A stretch of DNA of 64,000 nucleotides, taken from Cyanophora paradoxa CCMP329 (taxonomy: Eukaryota > Plantae > Glaucophyta). Shown one piece after another: positions 49,319-62,400 of this stretch (its first letter is position 1; every line of letters starts with the position of its first letter). Below the pieces are notes generated by a model. It saw only the letters and a program-made list of their open reading frames with translations, had not been told where the DNA came from and made no database searches. Made by a program: the position numbers and the translations under genes. The DNA is taken from NCBI GenBank assembly GCA_004431415.1, contig QPMI01000015.1:434001-498000 (forward strand), in the 5' to 3' direction.

Positions 49319-49703
49319 CCGAGATTAGGTAGAATATATTCCGAAGTTCATCGAAGGCAAAATGTGCATTTATGCATATGTGCCGCTTCGTAACCCCTCG
49401 GCTTTGCCTTATGTAATTTCGTATATTCCAATCGTAACTTCAGCGGCTTGGATCCATATTAATTGAACACGGCACTGCCATGGATACATCAACTGGCTGC
49501 GAACTGCAGCTTTTTCTTGCACGGTTCTGCAGCTGTCTATGCAAACGTAGCCTCGAGGCTCGAAGCTGGCTCAGCGGCTATTGCTAGGCAAGATGAACTT
49601 CGGAACAGAATCGGACGCATACTGTAGCTGTTCGGTTCTGCAGCTGTATACTGCTATAGCTAGGCATGATAAATAGAATCGTGCGAGTGCAGATTTCGAA
49701 TTC

Positions 49704-52700
49704 TTAGAGGGCGATAGGGCTCGCGAACTGGAGGAAGACCGGAACACCCGCCTTCAAGTTGACCCACGCGGTGCGGTCCACACCGTACTTCTCCACTGCC
49801 ACGGCGCCGGCGTACCGCGCGAGCGTCTCCGGCGAGAGGCCCTCCATCGTGACTGCCGGGCGCACGGGCCGCCGCGTCATAAACAGAGCAAAGATTTAAA
49901 AAGACATAAACATAATGATTTTAAACAGAGGGGGCCGTCTAATTCTAAACAGTCGGAAACAGATCCGGATCCGGAAACCGCGCACCTGGGACGCGGCAGT
50001 CCGTGCGGGAGGAGAGGAGGAGGCCGGTCCAGGTGCCGTTCTCCGCACGGAGGCGGCCCTGCGCCGCCGCGCCCGGCCCGCGGCCCCGTCGGAATAGATA
50101 ATATCGCAGGCGCGGTTCAATCAAGGCGCTTAAGAGGCGGAGAATTTGAATCAGGCGCACGTCGAATCCGCAGTCGAACTCGCGGGCGCGGCGCTCGCGG
50201 GCGAGCTGGAAGATGTCGTCCTGCTTCAGCGTCTTGACCGGGAGGCCCTGGCAAGAAATTCAGAGTTCGAGAGGTGTTTCCCAAGTCGAAGGATGCGAGT
50301 TTCGCGCGAATTCGAACCGTGTAGAGGCGGTGGACCTTCTCGATGGTGCCGCGGACCCACATCTCGTACAGCGTCGTCGGCGTCCCGTCCAGGCTGAAGA
50401 GGCACGTCTGCAGCACGTGGAGCATGAAGGCTGCGAATCGCATCGGCGTAGAGCGCCCCCGGTCAGCTGCAGGCAGCTAGAGCTAAGGAAGAAAGCGGGA
50501 GAGGGGATGTGCTCGCAGTTGTGCCGGAACTGCGAGGGGCGCAAATCATGAGGGCGCGAATCGAAGAGGAAATTGCTGGCGCACGGTGGACAGGACGAAG
50601 GCAGCACGGGTCGTGTCCTCCTCGAGGCACTCGCGCCTAATTATAAAGTTCGATCAGTTCGCCATGAACGAAAAAGATTTCTGAACTCAACTCGTGTGCT
50701 ATACTATATATGCGGACCAGGGCTTCTTGCAGGCGAGCTCGTAGTCGGCGACGTCATATAGGTTCCACTCGAGGGCCTCGAAGCGCGGCATCACGAGCTC
50801 GTCCACCGGCGCCCGCACGTAGCTCCCCGGCGCCAGCGCGAAGGTCGCTCCGTTCTGGATCGTGCCGATGGGGGAGAAGGTCTTGTTGTTGTATGTCTGA
50901 CGAGATTTTGACGTGAGAATTTAAAGCCAGTTGAAAGCACTAGGCGCGCCCGCGGAAGCGGGCGGCCCCTCAAGCTTAGAGATAGAGAAGGTATGCCGCC
51001 CTGGAGCGCCGTGGGAATACACGCGACCCCCGCTGGGGGCCCTCAAGCTTAGATAGCTATAATTATAAACAGATAATGTATGCTCGATAATGTATGCTCG
51101 CGTTGAATCCTGCGGGACGTTTACGCACCGTCTGGTCGCACGCCCCCGCGGGAGCGCACGGCCCTTAAGCTTAGATAGATAGATTAAGTATGCCCGCCTC
51201 GAATCCTGCGAGACGTACCGTCTGGTCCTGGACCGCGTTCACGATGCCCGTGGCTTGGCGCGCGCGGAAGACGTTCCTGCGCGGGCGCAGGCACGGCCGC
51301 GGGTGATCATGAGCGGAAACGCGACAGAGAGTGAATATGGAATGCGACGCGCACGGGTTATCGACTCCCGACAGCGATGCTGATGTGCGGCAGTCAGCCA
51401 CTTGCATCTAATTACGAGCGCACGCGGCCCGCCAGCCGAACGCACGCGGGACGATGCCGTAGGCGGAGTGCGTCTTGTAGCCGACCGAGCCGCCGAAGAG
51501 GTGCTTTGCGAACTCGATGTTGTAGGAGAGCTGCTTGTACGCCTCGTCGTAGCCCATCGTCGTCATGAACTCGTGGCTCCAGGTGTGTGCTGCAAGTCGG
51601 AATTTCAGTTATCACATTGTAGCTATAGGATCGGCGCCTCCCCGCACTGATCCAGATGAAGTCGTCGCGCATGGCGCGGGAAGCCACGAAGAGCGGGTCC
51701 TCCTCGAGCTGGGCGACGTACTCGGGCTGCCGGGGGTCCAGTGCCTGGCAGTGGTACGGGTCCCCGTACTTCGGGGCGCAGAACATGCCGCCGTTGTACG
51801 CCCACTGCGCGCGCGGCCGCGCGCGGACGGCGTCGTCATGCAGAGCCGCCTTGGCGCCCTCTAGATCTAGGTCTGCTTCGCAGTCTGCCGCACCTCGGCG
51901 ATGAAGTCGTCGCTGTCTCCGTCTGCAGAGAAGCCGCTCCGGATCGAGTTTTGCATGTCGCGCTGATGGAATAATTATAATTATTTCAGATTTTCTGGAA
52001 GTTTGAATAAAAGTGTGAACCATGAAAGTCAAGTCCGCAGGCGTGTTCCGGATTGGAGCGCCTCCCTTCGTCGGCGAATCCAAAAAGCCCATGTCATCTG
52101 AGCGAACAGATGTATTGATATGCGGCCTTGGGGGATGCGCAAATGATAGGCTGCAAACGTCTGCTCACCGATCTGGCCGCTGAAATAGATGCGCCGCATT
52201 CCGACGTATGCTCCGCGCGTCGCCCACGGGATCCTGGGGTGCCGCAAAATCAGTCGGCGTTCCCCTTGTCCAGACGAAGGCTTCCAAATTTAGAGGGTAT
52301 CTAAACATCACACCAGAGGTTCGCGACGTAGGAGGAGAGGAAGTGGTTGCCGAAGTCGCCGAACGCGACCTCCGTCGTCGAGAAGAAGAAGTGCATCTCC
52401 TGGCGCCCGTCCGGCAGCTTCACCTGCAGGAGCGGGGCTCAGCCGCCCTCGACGCTGGCCACGGCACGGCACGATGTCGTTCGCATTCGGCCTCACCACG
52501 CCGGCGGCAGGCTGGCCGGTCTGGCCCTCGTAGAACATGAAGGGCAGGAACGTGCTCGCGTCGTAAGAGGCAACGTTGACGATGTAGTGAGAGAGATTCC
52601 CCGTCGAGAGCATTCCCGCGCCGGAGGACAACGCCTGCGCGCCCCACTTCAGCGTTTTGCGCGCGTCCTCGGAAAACTGATAAGATCGTTCGCACCTTCG

Positions 52701-55700
52701 CGCCGAGGGCGGCGGGGGTGGCGTCGACGCGCCTGCTGCCCTCGCTCTTCTCAACCGTCGAAGCCTGGACGCCCCCGACAAAGGAAAAGACGATGCTGGG
52801 GTTCGCTGCGCGGGCCGCGTCAGCTCCCGCAAAATTTGATTTGCGCGAAACTCCGCGAAAAACTTAGCGCACATGAGAAGACGACCCGGCGGACGCGATA
52901 CAGGCGTTCGTAGGCCTCCACCCTTTTCAGCTGTGAAGAGAAAGACGTTAGTCGGAGACTTACTTTCAAATCGCAAGGCCGAGGAAATAATTACAATAAA
53001 TGAATTAAACGCACTTGAGCGCTCGAGAGTTCGAGCACGCTCGCCCCGGACGCGAACACAATGACAGAGTACCTAAAGCCGCGGATCGTCGACGTCAGAC
53101 CGCGCGCGAGCGCGGCGGGACTCCAACGCGAGGCGGCGCCGCACTTCGGGCGGCCGGTGCAGGGGTCCTTGAGGAGGACCTCGAGCGCGTCGGCTTCGTC
53201 TGAGGAGAGGGGCAGGTGGATCGCGTCGAAGGACATCCAGAAATTCTGCACGGTTTAATTTTAGCTTAATATTAGCTTTTGATTTACTTTGAGGAAAGGA
53301 TGCTGACCCAGAGGTTCATGCGAGCGCCCGAGTAGCTGTCGGGGGCGCCGACGGTGTCCGACTGGAACACAAGCGCGCGGGCCGGCAGGTCCGTGTCCCT
53401 CTGCAAAATCGGGCGTTCGCGGCGCGAAATTCAACGCAGCCGCGCTGGCTAACGGTTTTCGCGCGCACAGGGGTCGACGTGGGGTCGACGGCCTCGGGCG
53501 TCGACCCGGCTCCATTCGAAGCCGTGGGCGCCACACAGTAGATGGTGGAGAAGGGCAGCGAGGACTGGAATCCGATGCGCATGAAGTCGACCGCGATCGT
53601 GTCGTTCCTCGGCGCTGCGAAAACCTCGGTCAGCGCTGCGAAACCCGGCGCCAAAGCGAGCACAAGGGCGGGCAGCGGCCGCGCACTGAGGCAGGTCTGT
53701 CGGATGGTGACGGAGTACGTCGCTCCGGTCTTCTTCAGGTACGGCAGCGCGACGCCGGGCAGCGGATCGAAGTCCAAAGACGTCCACGTCCTGCGACGCG
53801 CAGCTCGCGCCAAGTTCGAACCCGACGGATGCGGCACGTGCACTGACCAGGCCTGGGAGGGTGTGACGGCCGCGTTGTCCCCGAGGGACGTCCACTCGCC
53901 CGTGGAGTGGTTGAGGGCGGCCCACGACCACCGCAGCCAAGTCCCGTCCGCGCCTGACATCAGACATTATTCTTGTAAGAGGACGCGTGCAAAGGCGCTT
54001 CAAATATAATAGTAAATCTACCGCGAAGCTTGACGGAGAACTGCAGAGAAGAGAGGCTCTGGATGGCGGCCTCGGAGACTTCGGGCAGGTCGAACTGGAT
54101 GTCCGTGGTCGAAACCGTGGCGCTCGTGTCCCCGGTCGTGAACTTCGCACATCAGATATTAATGGTAATTCGGAAAATTTTGTTAGAAACTTAAACGCCG
54201 GGTCACGCACCGCGACGTAGTCGCTCCAGCAATCCTGCTTGCCGGTGCAGGCGCCGGCCGCCTTTCGCAGAACGCTCACGCCCTGAGCAGAAAACACTCC
54301 CTGGCCAAAACATAAAATTTGGATAGAGTATGCATCGCGGTTTATAAACCGGCACCGTCTTCGCGGTCATAGCAGCCGGAAGGCCTGTGACAGAAGCGCG
54401 GAAGGTTTCTCCGCTCGCGACGGGCGCCTCTGACGCGAAGCTAACGCGCATGGAGTCGATGAAGATTCCGTCCGCCTTCAACGCTGCACGGGTCGGTCCG
54501 TGAGAAGCGCTAGCTATATAGCCTGGCTCGAGAGACCGCGGACGTGATCGCGCGGCGGCGCACTGAGGCAGCTCTGGCGGACGAGGACGGAGTACGTAGA
54601 GCCGGTCTTCAGCAGGTACGGAGCGGCCGCCCCCGGGACCGGGTCGAAGTCCAGCGCCATCCACTTCCTGCGAAAAGAGCTTGGATCGAAATTCTGCGGA
54701 GCTCTCTGCGAGCGGAGCTTCCTGCGATCTCGAGCTGCCTGCGGAGCGTTCGAGTCGTGCTCACCAAGCCTGGGAGGAAGAAACGGCGTTGTTGTCGCCG
54801 AGCTTGACCCACTGGCCCGTGACTTGGTTCTGGATCTCCCACATCCACGTGATCCAAGCGCCGTCAGGGCCTGAAAGCACGCATTGATCAGTGAACATCT
54901 CCGGGCTCGGCTCCAGCGGCAGGCCTAGAGCGCAGCGCGCACCGCGCAGCTTGATGGAGAGGCGAGGCGAGGAAAGGCCCTGGGCTGACGACTCGGACAT
55001 CGCCGGCAGCTCGAGCTGGAAGACGGTGATGGAGCGCGCCTCGCTCGTCGCTCCGGAGTAGAACTGCGGACGGAGAGGCGGCATCAAATTAAATCGCCGC
55101 ATCGCGCCAAAAGTTATCACGACACGGAAGCTGACCTGCACGATCTCGGTCCAGCAGCCCTGCGTGTCGTTGCAGTCGGGCGAGCCCGCGCGAATGGCGG
55201 GCACGCCGTCGGTCGACGCCGGCACTTTCACCGTGCCCTGCGAGAAGTGATAGTTAACGTTAGTGTGTCAAATTATTTATTCGGATTAACTTAATTACGC
55301 ACCGACTGCGAGGTAATCCTCGTGGGGAGCGCGTCGACATTGTAGCGAGGAGTTGTGGCTCCGGAGACGGGCTGCGTGGCGGGGGCACCCGAGACGGGGG
55401 ACGGCGACTGCACGCGGATGTTGATGTAGTCGAGGAAGAGCGAGTCGGCCCTCGGCGCTGCGCACGCGTGCAAACATGATCATGAGTTGACGGTGAAGAG
55501 AAATTGGACGCAATGCGACGCACTGTCGCAGGTCTGGCGAAGAATGATGGAGTGCGTCGAGCCTATCTTCTTGATGAACTGAGATACAGAAAGGCGAGGG
55601 GCCGGGAATGTGAGCGCCGTCCACGTCCTGCGAAAATAATGAATTTCGCAGAAATGCAAGTCATGCATATGTGAATTAACAACGGCGGTGCGCACCAAGC

Positions 55701-58547
55701 CTGGGCGTTCTGCAGAACGGTGTTATCCCCCAGAGCAACCCACTCACCGGTCGCCTGATTCTGGATCGCCCAGGTCCACTTGATCCAGTCCCCGCTCGGT
55801 CCTGCGAAGAGCTTTTATTCAGTACTAGCCCAGCTTTATTTTATATACGCCGCAAAAACCCGAGCTCTAAGCAGAGGCCCACCGAGCATCTTCAAGTGCA
55901 GCTCGAGGGAAGTGAGATTTTGCGCCGCCGCGTCCGACATGGCGGGGAGGTCGAGCGTGAAGAACGTGACCGACGCCGTCGTAGTCGTGTTTCCAGACGT
56001 GAACTGGGCACGACGAGATCATCATTGACCCCGAACACGTTCGAACATCAAACGGAACGGACCTGAACAGAGTCGCTCCACCAGCAGCCGTTGTCTGCGG
56101 AGCCGTTGCAGGCGCCCGCCGTCTGCAAGGCCACCACGCCCTTGCTCGATCCGGACACGGTGCCCTGCGCGAAAGCGTGCGCATTATTGAAGAATTTAAG
56201 CGTTTGATAGTTCACGCGCACCGACTGGGACTCGAGCTTGCTTGGCTGTGCCGTCAGCGTAACAGCGCCCGAGGGCGCGCGGAAGCGGATCCGCATGTAC
56301 TCGATGTTGATCGCGTCCGCCTTAAGCGCTGCGTACTCGATTTAATATAAGGAGGATTCGTGTTTTTGTATTTAATAATAATAATGATAGGTTCGATGCT
56401 AATGCCGCGCACTGATGCAGGTCTGGCGGACGAGGACCGAGTAGGTCGAGCCGACTTTCTTGAGGAACGGCGATGCAGGGCCGGCCAGGGAGAAGGTCAG
56501 CGGCACCCACGTCCTGGGACAATTGCGTGAATCCAACTGCACAGCGGAGCACGTGCTGCAGGTTCTACTGAACTACGTAAACGAACCAGGACTGAGAGAG
56601 GGGAACGGCGGCGGTGTCGCCGAGCTTGACCCACTGGCCCGAGGCCTGGTCCTGCACCTCCCACGCCCACGTGATCCAGGCGCCGTGCGGGCCTGCAGAG
56701 TTTGTCGGGCGCGTCCAAGAACGAATTTCAATGTTCGGAGATGGCGCACCCCGCATCTTGACGAAGAACGCGAGGTCCGAGAAGGTTTGGGCGGTGGAGT
56801 CGAACACGGACGGCAGCTGGAGCCCGATGATCGTGCTCGAGCGCGTCGCGGTCGTGTTCCCGGACAGAAACTGCACGCGAAGTCTCCTTTAAATATTCTG
56901 GGTTGTAACGGCAGGCCTCGCAATATATAGCTGCAGACCTGAACGGCCTCGCTCCAGCAGCCCTCGGTGCCGGTGCAGGCGTCGACGATTTCCTGCATCG
57001 CTGCGATGCCTTTGCTCGGAAGGATGACCTCGCCCTTCCAAGTCCGCGAAATCAGCATCAAGCGCGAAAACGTGGATATCATGGTACTTTTGGCACCGAT
57101 TCCGTCGTGAGAGAGGCGGGGAATGCGTCGATGAACATTGAGTTTGACTCTGTCGACGTCGAGCTCGAGGCCAGCGCGGTCGTTGGTGACGGGGTCGGAG
57201 TGGCGAGAACGATATTGATGGGCGTCGGCGACGAGAGCCGAGCGCGCATGAACTCGATGTTGGTCGTGTCGGCCCGCAGGGCTGAGCACGCGGAATGAGA
57301 AGATTAAAATCGACGCCGCGAGTGTGTGTTATTTCTGATTTATAGATCTAAAACGACAGCCCTGCGCACTCTCGCAGGTCTGCCTGACAAGGACGGAGTA
57401 CGTCGTGCCGGTCTTCAGCAGGTACTGAGAGGCGGGGCCGGCCAGAGGGGCGAAGTCCAGCGTCACCCACGTCCTGCGCAGAGCCTCCTCAATAAATATG
57501 ACGTCGCCGACTCAACTGGATGGAACGTACCAGGACTGGGAGGAGGGAATGACGGTGTTGTCGCCGAGCTTGACCCACTCTTTCGTCGCCTGGTTCTGGA
57601 CCTCCCACACCCACTTGATCCAACCGCCGTCCGGACCTAAATATAATTAGCATTAATGCACAAACGTCGACGGATGCATGTGAGAATGGCGGATCTTACT
57701 AGAGTCTATATTTTCCGCAATCAAGAATTAAATGAGCATGCGCACCTCGCGTTTTCACGGAAACCTGGAGCGACGACAGGCTCTGGGCAGATGCTTCGGA
57801 TATTTCCGGCAGCTCGAGATGAATCACGTTAATAGAGCGCGTCTCAACAGTGTCGCCAGAGCCGAACTGCAGAACTTAGAACATCAGATCCCCGCTGATG
57901 ATGAGCCCCGAGGTGAAATATTATCTTTGTTCACTCGCACTCTGAATGCGAGCTCGGGCTATGCAGCATCAGATTGCGCACCGGAGACGAATCCCCCCAG
58001 CAGCCCTCTGTGCCGGTGCACGCGTCGACCGCCGTCCGCATCGGAGCGACGCTCGGTGTCACGGCTGAGGGCGGGCCCTGTACATGTGCGCAAAATCAGC
58101 CCAAATATAAATCGATATCAAGAACAAAGCTTTAGAGCATGCGCACCGAGATGGACGTAATCTTAGTCGGGAGTGCATCCACAAAGTAGGCCTCCGATCG
58201 CGAGTTAGTCTGGAGCAGCGCGCGCCGAGATGCGGCGGCATCCGGGCCTAGGCCTGCGCCAATATCGACAGGCCCTGAGGCGCGACTCGTGAGCTCGCGC
58301 GAGCTTGAGAGACAGATTCTGGTTTTCTAACGCGCGCATTGCATGAGCTTCACGGACCGACGGCGATGCCGGCGCCCTTCAGAGAAGGCGCGGTGTGATC
58401 ATGAGCTTCAACCGTGCTGGGACTGCGGGCGGCCCCTCGCACGCTGGACTGCAGGGTCGCGCCCGCGAAAAATGCCAGCAGCCCGAGGCCGAGCGCCAGC
58501 AGGACCAAGACCGCCCGGTCGCGCGCCTGCGTGCGCGCCTCCCCCAT
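49704..58547 (-). CDS. agd3: Agd3-family (CE18) polysaccharide de-N-acetylase with an N-terminal membrane anchor and five tandem unrecognised Trp/Cys-rich domains
   Basis: Spliced motifs PDGRQEMHFFF, WATRGAYVGMRRIYFSGQI|DDM, FIWITHTWSHE...YKQLSYNIEF, GIVNAVQDQT, VMPRF, FMLH...LYEMWV, LPVKTLKQDDI and EKYGVDRTAWVNL...FASPIAL* (TAA at 49704), collinear with fungal Agd3. Hydrophobic AVLVLLALGLGLLAFFAGA near 58480. The start codon is uncertain. Confidence 0.85.
50945..51227. repeat. Three degenerate ~90-120-bp tandem units inside an Agd3 intron
   Basis: CCCT(C/T)AAGCTTAGA at ~50968, ~51040 and ~51162. GAATCCTGCG...ACCGTCTGGTC occurs at ~51106 and ~51201. Confidence 0.75.
53560..58080 (-). repeat. 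Five tandem coding-domain repeats (~0.9-kb period) with conserved intron positions
   Basis: Each copy has C..[T/S].GCW..., GPxGxW(I/L)xWxW...Q..G.WV.LGD....Q[AS]W, TW..L.F...PYL.K.G.T(Y/H)SV..RQTC.SA and D.I.I(D/E).MR. Confidence 0.9.
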
Positions 58548-59462
58548 TCCCTCCTCACGTCTGCGCGTGCACGTGCGCTGACCCTGGCCTGCGCGGGTGC
58601 ATGTCCCAGTGAGCATCTCAGAACCTCGCGGCGCGCTCTGCACGATCGCACATGCATGCGCAGTGCTCGGGGCAGGCTTTCTAAGCGCATAGGCATGCGG
58701 ACGGATGAAGATGCGCACGCGCACCTCGATTTGCGCAAGCGAGCGCTCCGCCGATCTAGATCGAAATTCCTCGGGATGTGCAGAGCTGCGGCTGCTTGCT
58801 GCCGCAGTGAGATAGCGGAGCAGCTGCTTTGACAGCAGAGCACTGCGGCAGCTGCTGGGCGAAGCTGTGTGCAACCACAAGCGCGTGCGAAAAAACCGGT
58901 TTTCGTAATGACGCAATTTTGGATGCAGATGAATCGTGATCATAGAATGGAGCGCGCGTGACCGGAGTGAATCATTGAATTCGAATCAGCATGCAGATCG
59001 AAGTGGTTTTCGTGACCGGTTCGCGAACTTCAGCTGCTACTAGGCCAGGTCAGCGAACCAGGCTAAAGCTAGCTCTCCGCATGCGTCAGGCCCCTAGCTA
59101 GCTATCTAGCCCAGCTCAGCGGCTAGCCCTTCTAGCTATATAGCTACCTAGCGCTAGCCCTAGCTTGCTTGCCGTCGACATCCGACGGTCCCGCGCTTCT
59201 CCGGCCTCCCCATACGCATAAAAAATATTCTCGTTTCACTATAGCAATATTTAATAGCTAGCTATATATATAGAGAGAACTGAAGCTCACTCGAGAGACA
59301 GAGGGGGAGCTAGGTAATCATGAGAGAAGAGATTGCAAGAGATCGAATTTTGAGGGAGCTTAATTTAGAGAGGAGAAATCAAAGGTCTGTATATCTACCC
59401 GATCTTAAGCTTGCAATCGCCTCACGGTTGCATAGGGCTATATCGCACTCCAAACACGCGGA

Positions 59463-62400
59463 ATGGATTCCCGCGACTCCGGGATCGTCCCCAGCGAGGC
59501 AAGGTACCAGAAACTGTTCACGAGGGTCAGCATGAAATTCTTTCATCCGGTTCGTGCCCCCGCGCAGATCGAATTCGCAGGCCACCAGATCAGGCCTCCG
59601 CGGCCGTGCTTTGCACAGGTTACAGGCCGCGTGAAGATCTCGGAAGTGCCATACCTTCTTGTGAAGCCCGATCTCTCGATCGCCGGCAGCGAAACTCGCC
59701 TCCAGGTTTGCGATTGTGCGGAATTTCGCGCCTTTGGAATTCCGGGATCCCTCTCAGCTCGTTCGAACGGCCCGCAGTGGCAGGAAAGGGCGAATTCGCG
59801 CCACGCAATCGAGGCGCTCCGCCTCTTCGATCGCCTGCAGAGCACGACCTTGGATTTTGCGCATGCGGATGAAATTACACGAGTCGTCGACCGCCTGTGC
59901 GAGGTAATGCGTGCGGGAACTTGTCACGTGAATTCGCAAAGATCAAATTTCGCGCATTTGCGCAGGTCGCCATGCAATCGGTCAAGGACCGATCGTCGTG
60001 GCCGCCCGACCTGCAGCAATCCGTCAGCCCTATGCACATGCCCGCGGCGCTAATTATAAGGGCCCGCTATAGCTACGCGGTGGACATGGCAGAGCTTTCC
60101 TCCTCGGCGCTCTGCTGGCGCTTCAACAGCTTGATTATTGGATCCGTAATGTCAAAAGACGTCTTCGATACCGCAGAGGTCGCTCCGCGCTTGGCCATAG
60201 CCATGGCCGCCACAGATGCCGATCGATATCTTATTATTATGAAAATGACACCACGCAGACTGCCGTAGAAATGGGGAATTTCCTCGCGATCGGCGAGGAC
60301 CCCCTGGCCAGCACCGAGGGCTCGTCCATCGATTGTAAGCTCTACCGCCTCACGCAGGCTTCCGTCCTCTCGAACTTCAACATGGCGCAAATCCTACACC
60401 TTTTCAAGGGCGACTACCGGCTTGCGATCAAATATTACATGGTGCGCGCGCGATCGCGCCCGAGGTCTGAATCTCCGGCAGACTCGCGTTCGAAGCCTAC
60501 GCCTGCTTTTTTGAAACGTAGTCCGCGCACGCGCAGACCGTCATCCGCCACGAAGTTTTCTGGACCTTCTTCGAGGCGAAACCGGACGACGCCGACGCGC
60601 TGCGGATGCCGGCCTTCAAAGACCCGCGGCTCAGAGTTATCCTCGAAGCTACGTGCGAGAACCTGTCCGCCTGCTACGCGAAGACCGGCAACGACAAGGC
60701 CTCTTTCTCCTTCAGACACGTCTGCCGGCGCCATTAATTTATCCCGTTATGCAATGACTCCTGGAAGCTATTAAATACTGCGCATGCTGCAGTGCGCGCG
60801 GAAAGTCAGCAGGATTCACGCAACGGCGACACGGCTCGATATCGATGACGAGGCGGATCGATATCAGCGCGCCGGCGCCATGGCCAGCCAGGGCTCGAGT
60901 TCCAAGCAACCATCGAGCTCGAGCCCCGCGGCCGGGCCCGCTCCGCCGTTTCCAGAAAATCGCCTCTTAAGCTTCAGAACTTCTCAGAAACCCGCATCGA
61001 GCCCACCGCCAGCACGCCCCAGCAGGGCATCTCCGATGGCCACATCGATCGACAGCCCAGGCCCGGCCGCGGCCGGCGCCGACGACGTTGAAGTGGCCGC
61101 ACCTCCGAAGCGGACGCCAGCTGCAGGCCTTGAGCGAGCCTCGAGCAGCGAGGCCCCGGCCGCCCAGAACCCGGCACCGATCACGGGCCCGCCGCAAGCC
61201 GCCCCATCGCAATCGGCGGACCAGCCTACAAATGCGTCCTCATCAATTGCAACGTCATCCAGTGAGAAGCGAAACAGGAAGAAGATCGCGAGCGCGAAGG
61301 TGCCCCAAGTCTAAAGCGCTCGGGTCCTCTTCCTAGCTGCGATCATCTCTTGTTAATATTCCACAGGCCAGGGCGGCCGAGCTGATGGCGCAGTCTGTGT
61401 GGGAAGCCGCGAAGGATCAGCTTCTCTCCGCCCTGCAGGTATATATAGTGATCAAATTTTAAAGACTCTTAGGCTTCGATTCGCGTGCACGCCTGAAAGC
61501 TTCAGCTGATTGTTGTATAAATTGCGAATGCGCAGCGCGACCCGAGCGATGTGGATGCCCGCTTTGCCCTTGTCGCGTGCCTCTATCGGCTCTCAGATTT
61601 CGAATCGGCCCGCGACGAGGGGGAGAGCGTTCTCCGCCTGCTCCCCTCTGGAGATGAGCGTCTGGGCCGGTGCGCCCCAGCTTGAATTTCAAAATATATA
61701 ACGCGTATTAACCACGGGTTGTGCTGGCGCTTGATTTTCGCAGGGTCCAAGCGCTACTTTCCGAAGTCTCACTTGCCGTTCAGCACAGCCGCTCCGACGC
61801 TGCCGCGGCCGCGGAAGCCAGCACTGATTCTGCTCACCCTGACGAGGCGCCCTCGGAAGCGTTGAAAGCGCCAGAAGCCGCCAAGGCCGGCGCAGATTCT
61901 GCGTACGACGTGAGGGACGATCGTGATCATGGCGCCGGCCCCCCGCCGGCAGCTGCAGTCGCGATCAGTGCACATGCGAGCGGTGAAGTCCCGTCGGAAG
62001 TGCCGGCGCCGGCGCCAGAGGCAGAGTCGACGTCTTCGGCTCTGTCCCCTTCAGCGGTGTGCGATGTGAAATTTGCACGGGTGCTCTTGCAAATTTAAAT
62101 TTAAAGCGGACACTGATGACGAGCAGATTGAGAGACCGATGGCCAGTGAGCGTACTCTGACGGAGGCGGAGGCGGAGCCGGAAATCGTCCCAAAGGCGCC
62201 GGCGCCGGCGCCGGCGGCGCGCAAGGCGAAGAAGAAGCACGCAGCGCCGCAGGCCCCGCCCGCGAAGTCCGTGTACGTGTGCCGCTACTTCGCGCAGGGC
62301 TTCTGCCGTCTCGGGCACCACTGCCGATTCCTGCACCCCGTCAGCACCGGCGCAGCGCCGGTTTCAGAGTGCACTCAATCCTTCTTCTGATATTCATATC

